From the IMG/VR virus record IMGVR_UViG_2909267149_000001: a stretch of DNA of 48,774 nucleotides, one strand, 5' to 3'. Origin of the DNA: a virus (Duplodnaviria; Heunggongvirae; Uroviricota; Caudoviricetes). The notes beneath the pieces were generated by a model. It was not told where the DNA came from, searched no databases, and saw only the letters and a list, made by a program, of their open reading frames with translations. How positions within the stretch are numbered: position 1 is the first letter of the stretch; every line of letters begins with the position of its first letter. Both the position numbers and the translations under genes were made by a program. Below are positions 8,759 through 18,216 of the stretch, one piece after another.

Positions 8759-9133
8759 TCAGAGGTCAGCTATCGTTGATATCAGTTGATTTGCTAGCTG
8801 TCGCTGTTTACGTGAGAGGGTTAGAGCAGCTTCTGAGCGGTCGCTAAGAGGGGTGTTTTCATCGAGAATCATGAGGCATACAGAAATAATAGCCCTGTTA
8901 TATGCCATCAATGACTGGCACAGCTTCGATACCGCTGGCACATCGTATTGTAAGGCCGTTTTGAGGCAGACTTTTTGTTCTGATGCCAGATGAAGGATAG
9001 ATTCTATCCAGTCGATATCTTTCTCATTATCAATGAGTTGGCATAACATACACTCAATCGCTATGTTCAACGCTTGGATTTCGATTCCAGCAGTGATCAG
9101 AGTTTCGTTTTTATTGGCTGTATGTAATTCCAT
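8759..9133 (-). CDS. Hypothetical protein (early-left gene downstream of repressor)
   Basis: 124-aa ORF; an operator-like palindrome lies between it and the repressor gene. Confidence 0.4.
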   Translation of the reverse strand: MELHTANKNETLITAGIEIQALNIAIECMLCQLIDNEKDIDWIESILHLASEQKVCLKTALQYDVPAVSKLCQSLMAYNRAIISVCLMILDENTPLSDRSEAALTLSRKQRQLANQLISTIADL

Positions 9134-9159
9134 GCGTAGCCTCTTTTATACTTTTACAT

Positions 9160-9172
9160 GTTGTCAAAACCA
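9160..9172. promoter_or_regulatory. Operator palindrome CCACA-N3-TGTGG (distal, OL-like)
   Basis: Perfect 13-bp palindrome ccacaaaatgtgg identical in half-sites to the sites in the repressor/cro intergenic region. Confidence 0.5.
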
Positions 9173-9225
9173 CAAAATGTGGTTTTTTTGAGCGTAGAAA
9201 TGCACGGCTTTCGCCGTGCTGTGTA

Positions 9226-9882
9226 TCATAACCAGTTGACAACACTAACTACGCGGCCAAGAACTTTATAACGCTTAAATTCCTCGTTATTCAGATGCTT
9301 AGTGTTCATTTCAGCATCCCTTTCGGTTGACAGCATAACAGCATTGTCACCCGGTATGACTCTACAGTGCCTCAAAACAACCAGGCCATTTCTGTCTTCA
9401 AGGGCATAGATCCCCTCATGAATCTCTGTATCGTCTGTATTAATCAGGACTTGGGAGCCAGGGGATATTGTTGGTGACATTAACTCATCGTTGCTCTGGA
9501 GAACTGACAGAGACGATGGGTTGATGTTCTTGCTTCGTAGAATCTCCTGTTCTATCGCCAGCACTGGCTTTTCTCCGGCGTGCGATGCTATGTCATTTTT
9601 TATAGCTACAAGCCCAGGAATAACAGGAGCGTTAGTATTCTGGGGTGGGAACGGGTTATCTGTTAAGCACGCGATATAAGGCGCTGATGCTTTCAGGGCG
9701 TGCGCGATTTTCTTGATGGCAGGTATAGATGGTTGTCTTAATCCGGCCTCATAGTTCTGCAAGGTGCTTAAGCCTATTCCAGTGACTTGCTGGAGATCTC
9801 CGGCAGTCATGCCGGATTGTTTCCGTAGAGTCTGAATGCGCAGACCTATTTCTTTCTTGATGTTCTCGTCGTTGCTTTTCAT
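9226..9882 (-). CDS. CI-like repressor (N-terminal XRE HTH, C-terminal S24 LexA-like peptidase domain)
   Basis: 218 aa; N-terminal HTH; C-terminal domain with candidate Ser (LMSPTISPGS) and Lys (YKVLGR) dyad; divergent from a Cro-like gene across an operator region. Confidence 0.8.
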   Translation of the reverse strand: MKSNDENIKKEIGLRIQTLRKQSGMTAGDLQQVTGIGLSTLQNYEAGLRQPSIPAIKKIAHALKASAPYIACLTDNPFPPQNTNAPVIPGLVAIKNDIASHAGEKPVLAIEQEILRSKNINPSSLSVLQSNDELMSPTISPGSQVLINTDDTEIHEGIYALEDRNGLVVLRHCRVIPGDNAVMLSTERDAEMNTKHLNNEEFKRYKVLGRVVSVVNWL

Positions 9883-9920
9883 GTCTCATCAATCGTGAAT
9901 GGTGGGTTATTTATACATTA

Positions 9921-10036
9921 CCACATTTAGTGGTTTTCACATGGTAAGACGAGAGGTGGACCACAAATAGAAGGTTATTTTTTGTTTCGCCCATTGAAAA
10001 ACTCACAATATGTGGTTTTAATACCACATATTGTGG
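9921..10036. promoter_or_regulatory. Operator region (OR-like) with three CCACA-N3-TGTGG sites
   Basis: ccacatttagtgg (9921-9933), tcacaatatgtgg (10003-10015), ccacatattgtgg (10024-10036) between divergent repressor and cro-like genes. Confidence 0.6.
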
Positions 10037-10055
10037 TTTAACTGGAGTTCGTTAA

Positions 10056-10550
10056 ATGACCTTTCAGGAGTGGGTTGACGAAAATGGAGGCCAAATTGGT
10101 GTTGCCAGAAAGTTTGGCTTTACGTCATCACTGATTGGTGCCTGGTATCGCTTCGAGAGATTCCCTCGTGCGGATAACCTGACGCTGCTGGTGGCGTATT
10201 CGGAAGGCCGGATTAACGTCCAGCAATGGGCGGCAGATTTTGCCGAACGTCAGCGCCAGCGTAGCGATGGCACATCGGTTCGGCAGAACAAGATCAAAGG
10301 GAATCTCCCTGTTAACTGCTTATCAAGGCTGAAAGCGGTTTTCTCTGAGCTGGGGATGCCTGCGGAGCGTTGCAATCTACGCGGTCCGCGATTCATTGCT
10401 CGCTGGAAACACTCACACGTAACCGTTTCAGAGGTTCGTGATGCGATTGCCATGCTGGAGTTTAAGAATAAAGATTCCAGCGATATCGAGCTGATTCATA
10501 AGGAGATTAGCAACGCCCGGCGTTCAGCACTTGGGAGGCTTGAGGAATGA
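10056..10550 (+). CDS. Cro/CII-like early regulator (putative)
   Basis: First rightward gene opposite the CI-like repressor; GGAG RBS. Confidence 0.35.
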   Translation: MTFQEWVDENGGQIGVARKFGFTSSLIGAWYRFERFPRADNLTLLVAYSEGRINVQQWAADFAERQRQRSDGTSVRQNKIKGNLPVNCLSRLKAVFSELGMPAERCNLRGPRFIARWKHSHVTVSEVRDAIAMLEFKNKDSSDIELIHKEISNARRSALGRLEE

Positions 10551-11062
10551 TGATTCTGGCCTTCTTTGGTGATAATCACCAGATTCAATCGAAGGTGGTG
10601 CACTACCTTGATCAAACGATTAAAGGATTTGTTATCGATCATATTGATAACGATAGCAAACATCTATCTGTAGATCAGAAAATTGGACGTGTGCAGCGAC
10701 TGGTTGCCAGCCGTAACAGACGTGACACCGTAACAGTAGTCACGGGGATAACGGAGGTCATGGAGTACCAGATGTTGCTGCATCGTGGAGCTGTTTTCTG
10801 CGTTCTTCCTGGCATTCTGCCAGCAATTCTTGCTCGTGGTTTGGTCCCTATTGATGAGTCGTTTTTATATGTAACCCCAAGCCGTTCCCTTCTGGATACG
10901 GAGGCGAAGCGTCGCATTTATATGATGCCGGACGAGGCATTTTCTGAATGTTACCGCCGTGAAATGAGGTTGGGTAAACGAGAAGTGTCTGTTGTTCGTG
11001 ATGGCAGGTTTTTAAGAAGCCGCACGGTGAAAAGCACCAGAAATGACGGGGGCCATCAATGA
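10547..11062 (+). CDS. Hypothetical protein
   Basis: 171-aa ORF, overlaps neighbours by 4 nt (operon-like). Confidence 0.45.
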   Translation: MMILAFFGDNHQIQSKVVHYLDQTIKGFVIDHIDNDSKHLSVDQKIGRVQRLVASRNRRDTVTVVTGITEVMEYQMLLHRGAVFCVLPGILPAILARGLVPIDESFLYVTPSRSLLDTEAKRRIYMMPDEAFSECYRREMRLGKREVSVVRDGRFLRSRTVKSTRNDGGHQ

Positions 11063-11292
11063 GTAGTTATGTTCGCGGTGCTGCGATGCATTGCCAGAAT
11101 CCCCAATTCTGGCGCTTTCTGACCAGTAAAACAGGGAAGAACGTTTCAAACAGTTCTGAGGCCTCTGTGATTCTGCGTGAGTTTTGCGGGATCTCATCCC
11201 GTAAAGAGCTGGCAAAGAACTACGCGGCCAGAAGCATGTATGTCCAGTTAATCAACGAGTTCAACCTCTTTATCAATGGTAAGGGGCGCTGA
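11059..11292 (+). CDS. Hypothetical protein
   Basis: 77-aa ORF with coupled overlaps on both sides. Confidence 0.4.
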   Translation: MSSYVRGAAMHCQNPQFWRFLTSKTGKNVSNSSEASVILREFCGISSRKELAKNYAARSMYVQLINEFNLFINGKGR

Positions 11293-11696
11293 TGAACGGA
11301 CGTACACCAACGAAGAAAGAGAAACTTTATATACAAGCGGTGCTCACTCACGTGGGTTGCATAGCTTGCATTATTGATGGCCGTGAAATTGAGAATCCAG
11401 AGCTGTGGACGGAGCTACATCACGATCCTGATTACGGCAGCGTTGATGAGAATTGCCACTTCCATAGCTTTGGGTTGTGCGCACCACATCATCGCGGTGT
11501 TGTGCCTGGTGGTGGGCGCGTGCCTCCGCATATTGCCGTTCGTCACCCTCCCCTGAGTAATTGTGCTCGCTTTGTTGAGCGTTATGGCACCGATGAATTT
11601 TTGTGTGCGCAGACGTGGGAGCTGTTGCCGCAGTCAGTTAAAGACGAAATTGGGTTTGATCTTAGTCTTGGTGAAGTACCAGGGGATACCAAATGA
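11292..11696 (+). CDS. Cys/His-rich protein, possible HNH/Ref-like zinc-finger nuclease
   Basis: Clustered Cys and His pairs (GCIACII, HH, CHFH, CAPHH); family assignment from memory only. Confidence 0.3.
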   Translation: MNGRTPTKKEKLYIQAVLTHVGCIACIIDGREIENPELWTELHHDPDYGSVDENCHFHSFGLCAPHHRGVVPGGGRVPPHIAVRHPPLSNCARFVERYGTDEFLCAQTWELLPQSVKDEIGFDLSLGEVPGDTK

Positions 11697-12025
11697 GATA
11701 TACCGGCTTTCGCAAACCAGCGACCAGGAAAAGCAAATACGGCAATAAAAAAACTGTTGTCGATGATATCGCTTTTGATAGCAAAAAAGAGGCTGATTAC
11801 TACTGCGAACTGAAGCTACTGAGAAAAGCTGGCCGCGTTGTGACGTTTCTTATGCAGGTGCCTTTTCATCTGCCTGGTGGTGTCGTTTATAAACTTGATT
11901 TCATGGTGTTTTATGACGATGGGACGATTGATTGTGTCGACACTAAAGGTGTGCGAACAGACGTCTACATCATGAAGAAAAAGCAGGTAGAGGCGCTTTA
12001 TCCCGTCACGATACGGGAGATCTGA
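11693..12025 (+). CDS. DUF1064-like phage protein
   Basis: N-terminal SKYGNKKT and FDSKKEA motifs recalled from DUF1064. Confidence 0.4.
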   Translation: MRYTGFRKPATRKSKYGNKKTVVDDIAFDSKKEADYYCELKLLRKAGRVVTFLMQVPFHLPGGVVYKLDFMVFYDDGTIDCVDTKGVRTDVYIMKKKQVEALYPVTIREI

Positions 12026-12028
12026 ACA

Positions 12029-12406
12029 GTGAGACGCGATCTGGATAGCTTGTTTGAGCTATGGGCGCTGTGGGTGCGCAATGGCTGCAACGCCCGTAGC
12101 GGTTTCGCGTCGATGTTAGAAATGATGATGGTTACGCGCTGCCAGTTTACCGGAGGGGGCGGCGCACCAAATGACTCACTGGAAACCAGTATCGAGGGAG
12201 CGGTGACGGCCCTCACGGTAGTTGATGAGACTGCGGCGCTGGTTGTCCGAATTGAATACGGGGCGTGGGAGATTCGGGGCCTCGACATAAATGCACCGCA
12301 TATTGATAAAGCCCACGCCCTTTCTCTTAGTCTCAGACAGTATCGCCGGAAGCTGGCAAAAGCCAGGGCGTATGTTGTCGACTATTTGAAAAAGCGAAGA
12401 GAGTAA
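12029..12406 (+). CDS. Putative late-gene regulator, Q-like antiterminator (PF06530-like)
   Basis: 125-aa protein with LFELWALW motif resembling the LERWGAW motif of small Q proteins; sits immediately upstream of promoter-leader copy B; GTG start. Confidence 0.35.
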   Translation: MRRDLDSLFELWALWVRNGCNARSGFASMLEMMMVTRCQFTGGGGAPNDSLETSIEGAVTALTVVDETAALVVRIEYGAWEIRGLDINAPHIDKAHALSLSLRQYRRKLAKARAYVVDYLKKRRE

Positions 12407-12449
12407 AAGTGTCATTTTGAGCTGTTTTGATGGTGTGTAGACATCGGGA

Positions 12450-12575
12450 ACATCGAAAATCTATAAATATATAATTATAGATTTATATAAAAAGTGCTTT
12501 ACAGGTGGGAAAAAATTTCCTAAGGTTATACCCGAAACCGAGCGATACCCGCCCTGGTTAAACCGGAGAAATCTG
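12450..12575 (+). promoter_or_regulatory. Repeated promoter-leader element, copy B
   Basis: Near-identical to copies A and C; ends at the ATG of the 12576 ORF. Confidence 0.6.
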
Positions 12576-13643
12576 ATGAATAAACAAGAAATTATTTCTG
12601 ACTGGATCAACAACCCTAACAGCCTGTTAAGCACTGATACTGGCTACCTATTACGCCATGTTAATGGTCGTATGGTCAAAAGCGATGAGCACGAAACCTT
12701 TTTCTTTGTTGAAGACGATGGGCGCATCTATGAGGATGGTTACTCTTATGAAGCCCAAACTGGTTGTATCCCTGCGGAGCTGGTGGACGTAACAGAAGAT
12801 CTGCGCAAAGCATGGCTTGAACAGCAGCAGCGCGGAGATGATTACGTAAACACCTATCAGGAACGCCAGAACGCGCGTCTTGCCCGATATATTGCTCGTG
12901 CAGAAAAAGCCAGAAAAGAAGGTGCGGTAGCGCATAAGCGAGCGCATGACCTGTTGGATGTGATCCCGTTAGGCCAGCCGATTTTAGTTGACCATTATAG
13001 CGCGAAAGGCCATCGCCGCCGTTTGTCTAAAGCTGATGCGTTATTAAGAAAAGCGTTTGTTGAATGCGAAAGTAAAGCATCACACTACGAGAGCAAAGCC
13101 GCAGGTGTTGGTCGTAATGGAATTTCGTCTGATGATCCTGATGCGCTATTTAAGTTGCTTCGTAAGCTGCAAGGCTGCATGAAGTCACACGTCAAAATGA
13201 AGGCCGCAAATAAGGCCATTCGCAAATACAAAAAAGACCAATTACAGCAGCTTTCTGCATTAATCGATCTCAGGTTTACAGAAAGCGAAGCCAAAGAGTT
13301 ACTGGCCGGAGATTTCTGTGGGCGCATCGGATTCCCTTCATACGCACTGAGCAACAATAACGCCGAAATCAAACGACTACAGAGCCGTATTAAGGAGCTT
13401 GAATCGGTCAAGTCTGTAACAGGAGCACAGCGCGAAGAATACGACGGCTTTTCTATGGAGATAGATCCAGAGGATAACCGCATCCTGTTTTATTTCCCTG
13501 GCAAACCAGAGGCAAACATTCGTTCGCTGCTTAAATCACGCGCCTTTAAGTGGAGTCCAACCCGTAATGCATGGGTTCGCAAGATTACTCCAAACGCCCT
13601 GGCTGATGCCCGATATCTAAAAGAATCGCTATTGAAAGCCTGA
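12576..13643 (+). CDS. Hypothetical 355-aa protein (first gene behind promoter-leader copy B)
   Basis: Long ORF with coiled-coil-like K/E-rich central region. Confidence 0.5.
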   Translation: MNKQEIISDWINNPNSLLSTDTGYLLRHVNGRMVKSDEHETFFFVEDDGRIYEDGYSYEAQTGCIPAELVDVTEDLRKAWLEQQQRGDDYVNTYQERQNARLARYIARAEKARKEGAVAHKRAHDLLDVIPLGQPILVDHYSAKGHRRRLSKADALLRKAFVECESKASHYESKAAGVGRNGISSDDPDALFKLLRKLQGCMKSHVKMKAANKAIRKYKKDQLQQLSALIDLRFTESEAKELLAGDFCGRIGFPSYALSNNNAEIKRLQSRIKELESVKSVTGAQREEYDGFSMEIDPEDNRILFYFPGKPEANIRSLLKSRAFKWSPTRNAWVRKITPNALADARYLKESLLKA

Positions 13644-13720
13644 CAGTAAGCCTACGGCGGGACGTCTCCCGCCGTATATAGAATTATATATTTATATAAA
13701 TGTATAAGGATGCCTCGACA

Positions 13721-14002
13721 ATGAAACGCAAAATTATTAACCCCCAAGATGTGATTAATTTCCTGACCGATCACCCATGTTCAAAAGTGGACGTAATCGC
13801 GGAGCACATTGGTGTGTCGCAGAACTCTATGCGTTGCAGACTGAGAAGCATGGTTGCCGAAGGACAGATAACAACCAGGAAAATAAATGGTTGCCTGTAC
13901 TACTCCGCTAAACCGGAATTGCCATTTGGCATGAATCCTAACTCCATGTTGTTTAACACCTTATTAGCCAAAGTTAAGCCGTTGAGAGGGGCTGTGGCAT
14001 GA
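13721..14002 (+). CDS. Small putative winged-helix DNA-binding protein
   Basis: AAGGA RBS before ATG 13721; the track start at 13700 is the alternative; preceded by the AT-rich palindromic motif. Confidence 0.4.
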   Translation: MKRKIINPQDVINFLTDHPCSKVDVIAEHIGVSQNSMRCRLRSMVAEGQITTRKINGCLYYSAKPELPFGMNPNSMLFNTLLAKVKPLRGAVA

Positions 14003-14364
14003 GCATCAAAACACATACCGGAATAATCATTACCAATGATGGTGAGAAAAAAGTGAAGTTGCGCGAGACGCCGACAACCTGGTGTGTTGGTCCGAAAGAA
14101 ACATATCGCAAGGAAGATGGCCGTCGTTGTGGGGCACCACTTTCCCGCCGTCGCCTCCTTTTGAGCACGATAAAACCTATCGGGCAGGTTGAGCAACCAA
14201 CGACTCCGGTAACGAAGATTTCAGACAAGAGTCTGGCAAACCTGATCGCCGATGCGGACAAGGTGCTGGAGCGGAACACCCCAGTAGCCGATGAAGAATG
14301 GTGGCAGGATTTCCGAGCCGCAATGCTAGAGCTTCAGGAACGTCGTCGGGAGGAGTTGAAGTGA
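13999..14364 (+). CDS. Hypothetical protein
   Basis: 121-aa ORF in operon context. Confidence 0.4.
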   Translation: MSIKTHTGIIITNDGEKKVKLRETPTTWCVGPKETYRKEDGRRCGAPLSRRRLLLSTIKPIGQVEQPTTPVTKISDKSLANLIADADKVLERNTPVADEEWWQDFRAAMLELQERRREELK

Positions 14365-14552
14365 GCAAGAAAAATGCCGGATGGGTCAGGCCAATGAAGG
14401 CGAATAAACATCATTATTTTAATGAAGGTGAAGTGACCAGCATTTGCGGCCGTTGGATGTATTTTGGTGATTACCGTGAGCCAGACACTTTTGAGAGTCC
14501 TGATGATTGCGTGTCTTGTCGCCGGAAATTGAACAAGGTGGCTTCTAAATGA
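14361..14552 (+). CDS. Small Cys-containing protein (zinc-ribbon-like)
   Basis: GGAGG RBS before GTG 14361; two Cys pairs (CGRW and CVSC). Confidence 0.35.
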   Translation: MSKKNAGWVRPMKANKHHYFNEGEVTSICGRWMYFGDYREPDTFESPDDCVSCRRKLNKVASK

Positions 14553-15232
14553 AAGAACGTGGTGTTGTTTTTAATGACGATATGGTTAGGGCCATCCTCG
14601 AAGGAAGGAAGACGCAGACTCGCCGACCTGTAAAAAATGTCAGGGCCGATAACTGCCTGGTTATCCGTAAACCGACAAAGAAACGCAATGGTGTCTATAC
14701 CCACGTTATGGATGCACCTGAACATGGTTTATGCCCGTTCGGTAACGTTGGTGATCGCATATGGGTCCGTGAAGCGTGGGCGATATTAGGCAATGAGGAT
14801 GGTTGCAGTGTGGACTGGAACGACAACCTTTGTCGTGGCGATGAGAAGAACGCAGCAAGGATTTATCGGGCCAGTTGTGAGCAAAAACCGGGGGATTATG
14901 GCTTATGGTCGATACCCGATGATGCCGACTGGAAGCCTCACACTGTGAATGAAAAGTTTGATGGCGGGTGGTGTCCATCAATTCACATGCCGCGCTGGGC
15001 TTCGCGTATTTTGCTGGAAATTACCGACGTGCGTGTGGAGCGGCTGCATGACATGAGCGAGGCAGATGCTAAAGCAGAAGGCGCAACTCCGGCGACGTAC
15101 AAGATTACGCCACCTGAAGCTGTTTATCGCGTTGGCTTTGGTGATATCTGGCGCGGTATTTACGGGCAAGAGAACTGGCTATCTAACCCGTGGGTATGGG
15201 TAATTGAGTTTAAGCGTATTCAGGAAGCATAA
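14549..15232 (+). CDS. ASCH-domain-like protein
   Basis: N-terminal ILEGRKTQTRR approximates the ASCH GxKxxExR motif; C-terminal WVIEFK. Confidence 0.45.
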   Translation: MKERGVVFNDDMVRAILEGRKTQTRRPVKNVRADNCLVIRKPTKKRNGVYTHVMDAPEHGLCPFGNVGDRIWVREAWAILGNEDGCSVDWNDNLCRGDEKNAARIYRASCEQKPGDYGLWSIPDDADWKPHTVNEKFDGGWCPSIHMPRWASRILLEITDVRVERLHDMSEADAKAEGATPATYKITPPEAVYRVGFGDIWRGIYGQENWLSNPWVWVIEFKRIQEA

Positions 15233-15234
15233 CT

Positions 15235-15579
15235 ATGAGCAAATCACTTAACGCACGCTGCATCCGTCGCTGGACCGTCGAATTTAAAGGTCGCTGCGAC
15301 TCAAAATATAGCCCGTATTGGCGTAAGCGTGACCTGCGGGGGTACATCCGTGAGGTTGCACTGACCACCGCGGATTGCATGGTCGAGCGTATGGCTGAGG
15401 ATAATGCGATGGTAGATTTTCAGGGGGCTAATCGAGGATGGTCGCCGGAGTTCTCTGCCTGGTACCACGAACGCCGTGAACAGTATCTCAAAGAGGCGCG
15501 CGACCATCTGAACGAAGACGCCACCAATGACGAGGTTGACGAGGAGATTCAGAACGAGCTGGAGGCCTGGAATGACTAA
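15235..15579 (+). CDS. Hypothetical acidic protein
   Basis: 114-aa ORF. Confidence 0.4.
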   Translation: MSKSLNARCIRRWTVEFKGRCDSKYSPYWRKRDLRGYIREVALTTADCMVERMAEDNAMVDFQGANRGWSPEFSAWYHERREQYLKEARDHLNEDATNDEVDEEIQNELEAWND

Positions 15580-16183
15580 CAGCACAGCAATTAACTATCA
15601 GGCACTGCGTGAGGCGGCACAGAACGCGAAAGATTTAGGTGGGATTAAGAATTACAAGCGAGGCGAGCAAGCTGTTGCCGAATTTGAGTCCTTGATAACG
15701 CCACACATTGTGCTGGGGCTTCTGGATGAACGGGAAAGAAACCAGCAATACATAAAACGCCGTGACCAGGAGAACGAGGAAATTGCGCTAACGGTAGGGA
15801 AGCTGCGTGTTGAGCTGGAAGCCGCAGAGAAGCGCAACGCAAAATTACAAAGCGAGAATGCATACATCCGCAACAGGTACAAAGAACTGGACCTATTAAT
15901 CGGGAAAAACATTCTGGTCATGCAGGCTGCCATTATCGAATGGCAATCGACTGGCGACGCTAAAAGCGGACTGGCATGGATTTATAACACACTGTTTGGT
16001 CCAGGCGAATTGCCGGACGAATCTGAGAAAGATGCTCAGGCCTACTTTAATCGCAAATATGCACCGATTGACGAAAAGCTCATGGAGCTTCACAAGTGGT
16101 TTTGGGAACAAAGTGAAGCCGAGCGCGCCGCTGGAATTCGCACCAAAGGAGACGCAGGAGAGCAAAACGATGAAAAACCGTAA
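15572..16183 (+). CDS. Ead/Ea22-like protein
   Basis: GGAGG RBS before ATG 15572; NYQALREAAQNA and coiled-coil region recalled from Ea22-like proteins. Confidence 0.4.
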   Translation: MTNSTAINYQALREAAQNAKDLGGIKNYKRGEQAVAEFESLITPHIVLGLLDERERNQQYIKRRDQENEEIALTVGKLRVELEAAEKRNAKLQSENAYIRNRYKELDLLIGKNILVMQAAIIEWQSTGDAKSGLAWIYNTLFGPGELPDESEKDAQAYFNRKYAPIDEKLMELHKWFWEQSEAERAAGIRTKGDAGEQNDEKP

Positions 16184-16355
16184 AGCTAAGATGCTTATCT
16201 CCCGTGTATACAGACTTTGCTATCCCAGCCAGTGGTTGAGAGTTAGCAATCGCCGTGTGGTGTTGTTCTCATTTTCTGGAATTGCCAGAGAGGGAGTAAA
16301 AGAGAAGCGCAGCGCGGCGCAAAACCGCTGGAAAAACCACTTATATAAGCTGTAG
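16170..16355 (+). CDS. Small basic hypothetical protein
   Basis: 61-aa ORF with AGGAG RBS. Confidence 0.3.
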   Translation: MKNRKAKMLISRVYRLCYPSQWLRVSNRRVVLFSFSGIAREGVKEKRSAAQNRWKNHLYKL

Positions 16356-16689
16356 TGAGAAACCATGCGCTTACGAGCAGTATTCAGATATTCAGAGCGG
16401 GTAATGAAGCACATACAACCGAAAACATGGCAGAAACTGGACTCTATGGGAGTTAAGTTGGAGAAGATTACTCAACTTAAGCAGTGGCATATCGGCGAAT
16501 ATTATGGAAGTCCTGGTCGGGATGTTCGGTTGGTAAAAAGTTGAACATTGCTTTTTTATTGATCGATTAACCACGATATGAAGGTTTTTTTATGGGAAAA
16601 CCTTGTTTTAGGTGGTAACTGGGTGTAGTGTTTCATTTAACGTAGTAAAACTGCGTTAAGCGATTACCGCGTAATTTGTTGCTTTATGA

Positions 16690-16720
16690 AGCCCTGCCTT
16701 TTTCGGCGGGGCTTTTTTTT
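16690..16720 (+). terminator. Rho-independent terminator upstream of the lysis cassette
   Basis: gccctgcc-tttttc-ggcggggc hairpin (one G-U pair) followed by T8. Confidence 0.5.
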
Positions 16721-16733
16721 AACGAGGATTTCA

Positions 16734-17129
16734 ATGTCAGCAGAACCAATTTCCGGTACGGCCGTTGCTGCTGGTGGCCTGATGGGTGCCAGCGTTTTTG
16801 GTATTGCAACTGGTATTGATTACGGCGTTGTATTCGGGGCATTTGCTGGCGCTGTTTTCTATGTTGCTACAGCGGTGAATATTAGCCGTCTCAAGCTGAT
16901 TGGCTATTTCTTTACATCGTTCATTGTTGGAGTGATTGGAGCGCCGTTAGTTGGCTCATTTCTTGCCAAATGGACCAGCTACAACGATCGACCTCTTGAT
17001 GCGCTTGGTGCGGTTATTGTGGCTGCATTGACAATTAAAATCCTCACGTTCGTAAACAGCCAGGATCTCGGTAGCATCTTTGGAATGCTTTCCCGCTTAC
17101 GTGGAGGGGGTTCAAATGGTAAGCAGTGA
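16734..17129 (+). CDS. Holin-like membrane protein
   Basis: GAGGA RBS; multiple hydrophobic segments; first gene of lysis cassette. Confidence 0.5.
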   Translation: MSAEPISGTAVAAGGLMGASVFGIATGIDYGVVFGAFAGAVFYVATAVNISRLKLIGYFFTSFIVGVIGAPLVGSFLAKWTSYNDRPLDALGAVIVAALTIKILTFVNSQDLGSIFGMLSRLRGGGSNGKQ

Positions 17130-17412
17130 CCCGTCAGCACTGATTAATGCGGTGCTTTGCACAGTAATAGTAATGGCGCTGATGCTTTATCGACGGAAAG
17201 ACTCCAGGCATCGTCCATTTGTTTCCTTTCTGGCTTATATCTACGTCATTGTATACGCCAATGTTCCCTTCCGTTATGTGTTCGGTCTTTATCAAGAATC
17301 CCACTGGCTGGTGGTTATTGGAAATCTGATTATCTGCATCGTTGTTCTGTATTTCAGGGGCAATCTGGCGCGGATAGTTGACGCATTAGGATTTAATCAT
17401 GACCAAAGATGA
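17116..17412 (+). CDS. Second small membrane protein (holin/antiholin candidate)
   Basis: GGAGGGGG RBS; hydrophobic segments; between holin and endolysin. Confidence 0.4.
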   Translation: MVSSDPSALINAVLCTVIVMALMLYRRKDSRHRPFVSFLAYIYVIVYANVPFRYVFGLYQESHWLVVIGNLIICIVVLYFRGNLARIVDALGFNHDQR

Positions 17413-17941
17413 GATTTTTAACAGCATTCTTGGAAAAGAGGGCGGCTATGTGGATCACCCTGACGACAAGGGAGGCCCAACAAAGTGGGGCATTACTCAG
17501 AACACTGCCCGTGCTCATGGATACCGTGGCGATATGCGCGATTTAACCCGCGAACAGGCACTAGAAATCCTTGAGGCTGATTACTGGTACGGACCACGCT
17601 TTGATCAGGTGGCCGCATTATCCTCTGATATTGCCGCAGAGCTGTGTGATACCGGTGTGAATATGGGGCCAACAGTGGCGTCCAAAATGCTTCAACGCTG
17701 GCTGAATGTGTTCAATCTGCGTGGGAAGCTGTATCCCGATTTGGATGCAGATGGACGAATCGGTCCACGTACCATTAATGCGCTGCGTGCTTATCTTGGG
17801 AATCGGGGAAAAGACGGCGAACGGGTGATGCTGACGTCGCTGAACTGTACGCAGGGCGAACGCTATCTGGAGTTGGCGGAGAAGCGCGAGGCGAATGAGT
17901 CGTTTGTCTACGGCTGGATGAAAGAGCGAGTGGTGGTATGA
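17399..17941 (+). CDS. Endolysin, GH108-like N-terminal domain with peptidoglycan-binding-like C-terminus
   Basis: N-terminal EGGYVDHPDDKGGPTKWGIT signature recalled from GH108 lysins. Confidence 0.7.
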   Translation: MTKDEIFNSILGKEGGYVDHPDDKGGPTKWGITQNTARAHGYRGDMRDLTREQALEILEADYWYGPRFDQVAALSSDIAAELCDTGVNMGPTVASKMLQRWLNVFNLRGKLYPDLDADGRIGPRTINALRAYLGNRGKDGERVMLTSLNCTQGERYLELAEKREANESFVYGWMKERVVV

Positions 17942-18216
17942 CTGGTTTGAAGGCCGTTTTGTCATTTATTGGCACAATTATATTGGTTGCATTCGGCGCG
18001 TTTGGTTTTGGTCGTATGAAGGGGCGAGAAAAGGCCGAAGATGAAGCTGAAAAGCAGCGCATTAATGAGAATGCAGCCGCCGTAAAAGCCACTGCGGAGC
18101 GGCGTATAGAAGTGACAAAAGAGGTGGGCAATGTACAGCAGAGTGTTAACCATATGGCTGATGACGATGTTGATCGCGAGCTGCGGGAGTCGTGGAAGCG
18201 TCCCGGTGGTGGTTGA
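17938..18216 (+). CDS. i-spanin (Rz-like)
   Basis: N-terminal transmembrane segment then charged coiled-coil; follows endolysin; contains an embedded lipoprotein ORF. Confidence 0.55.
   Translation: MTGLKAVLSFIGTIILVAFGAFGFGRMKGREKAEDEAEKQRINENAAAVKATAERRIEVTKEVGNVQQSVNHMADDDVDRELRESWKRPGGG

Noticed and set aside
15645-16165. Several 70-95-aa ORFs antisense to the Ea22-like gene
   Set aside because: Overlapping antisense ORFs without RBS inside a better-supported plus-strand gene.
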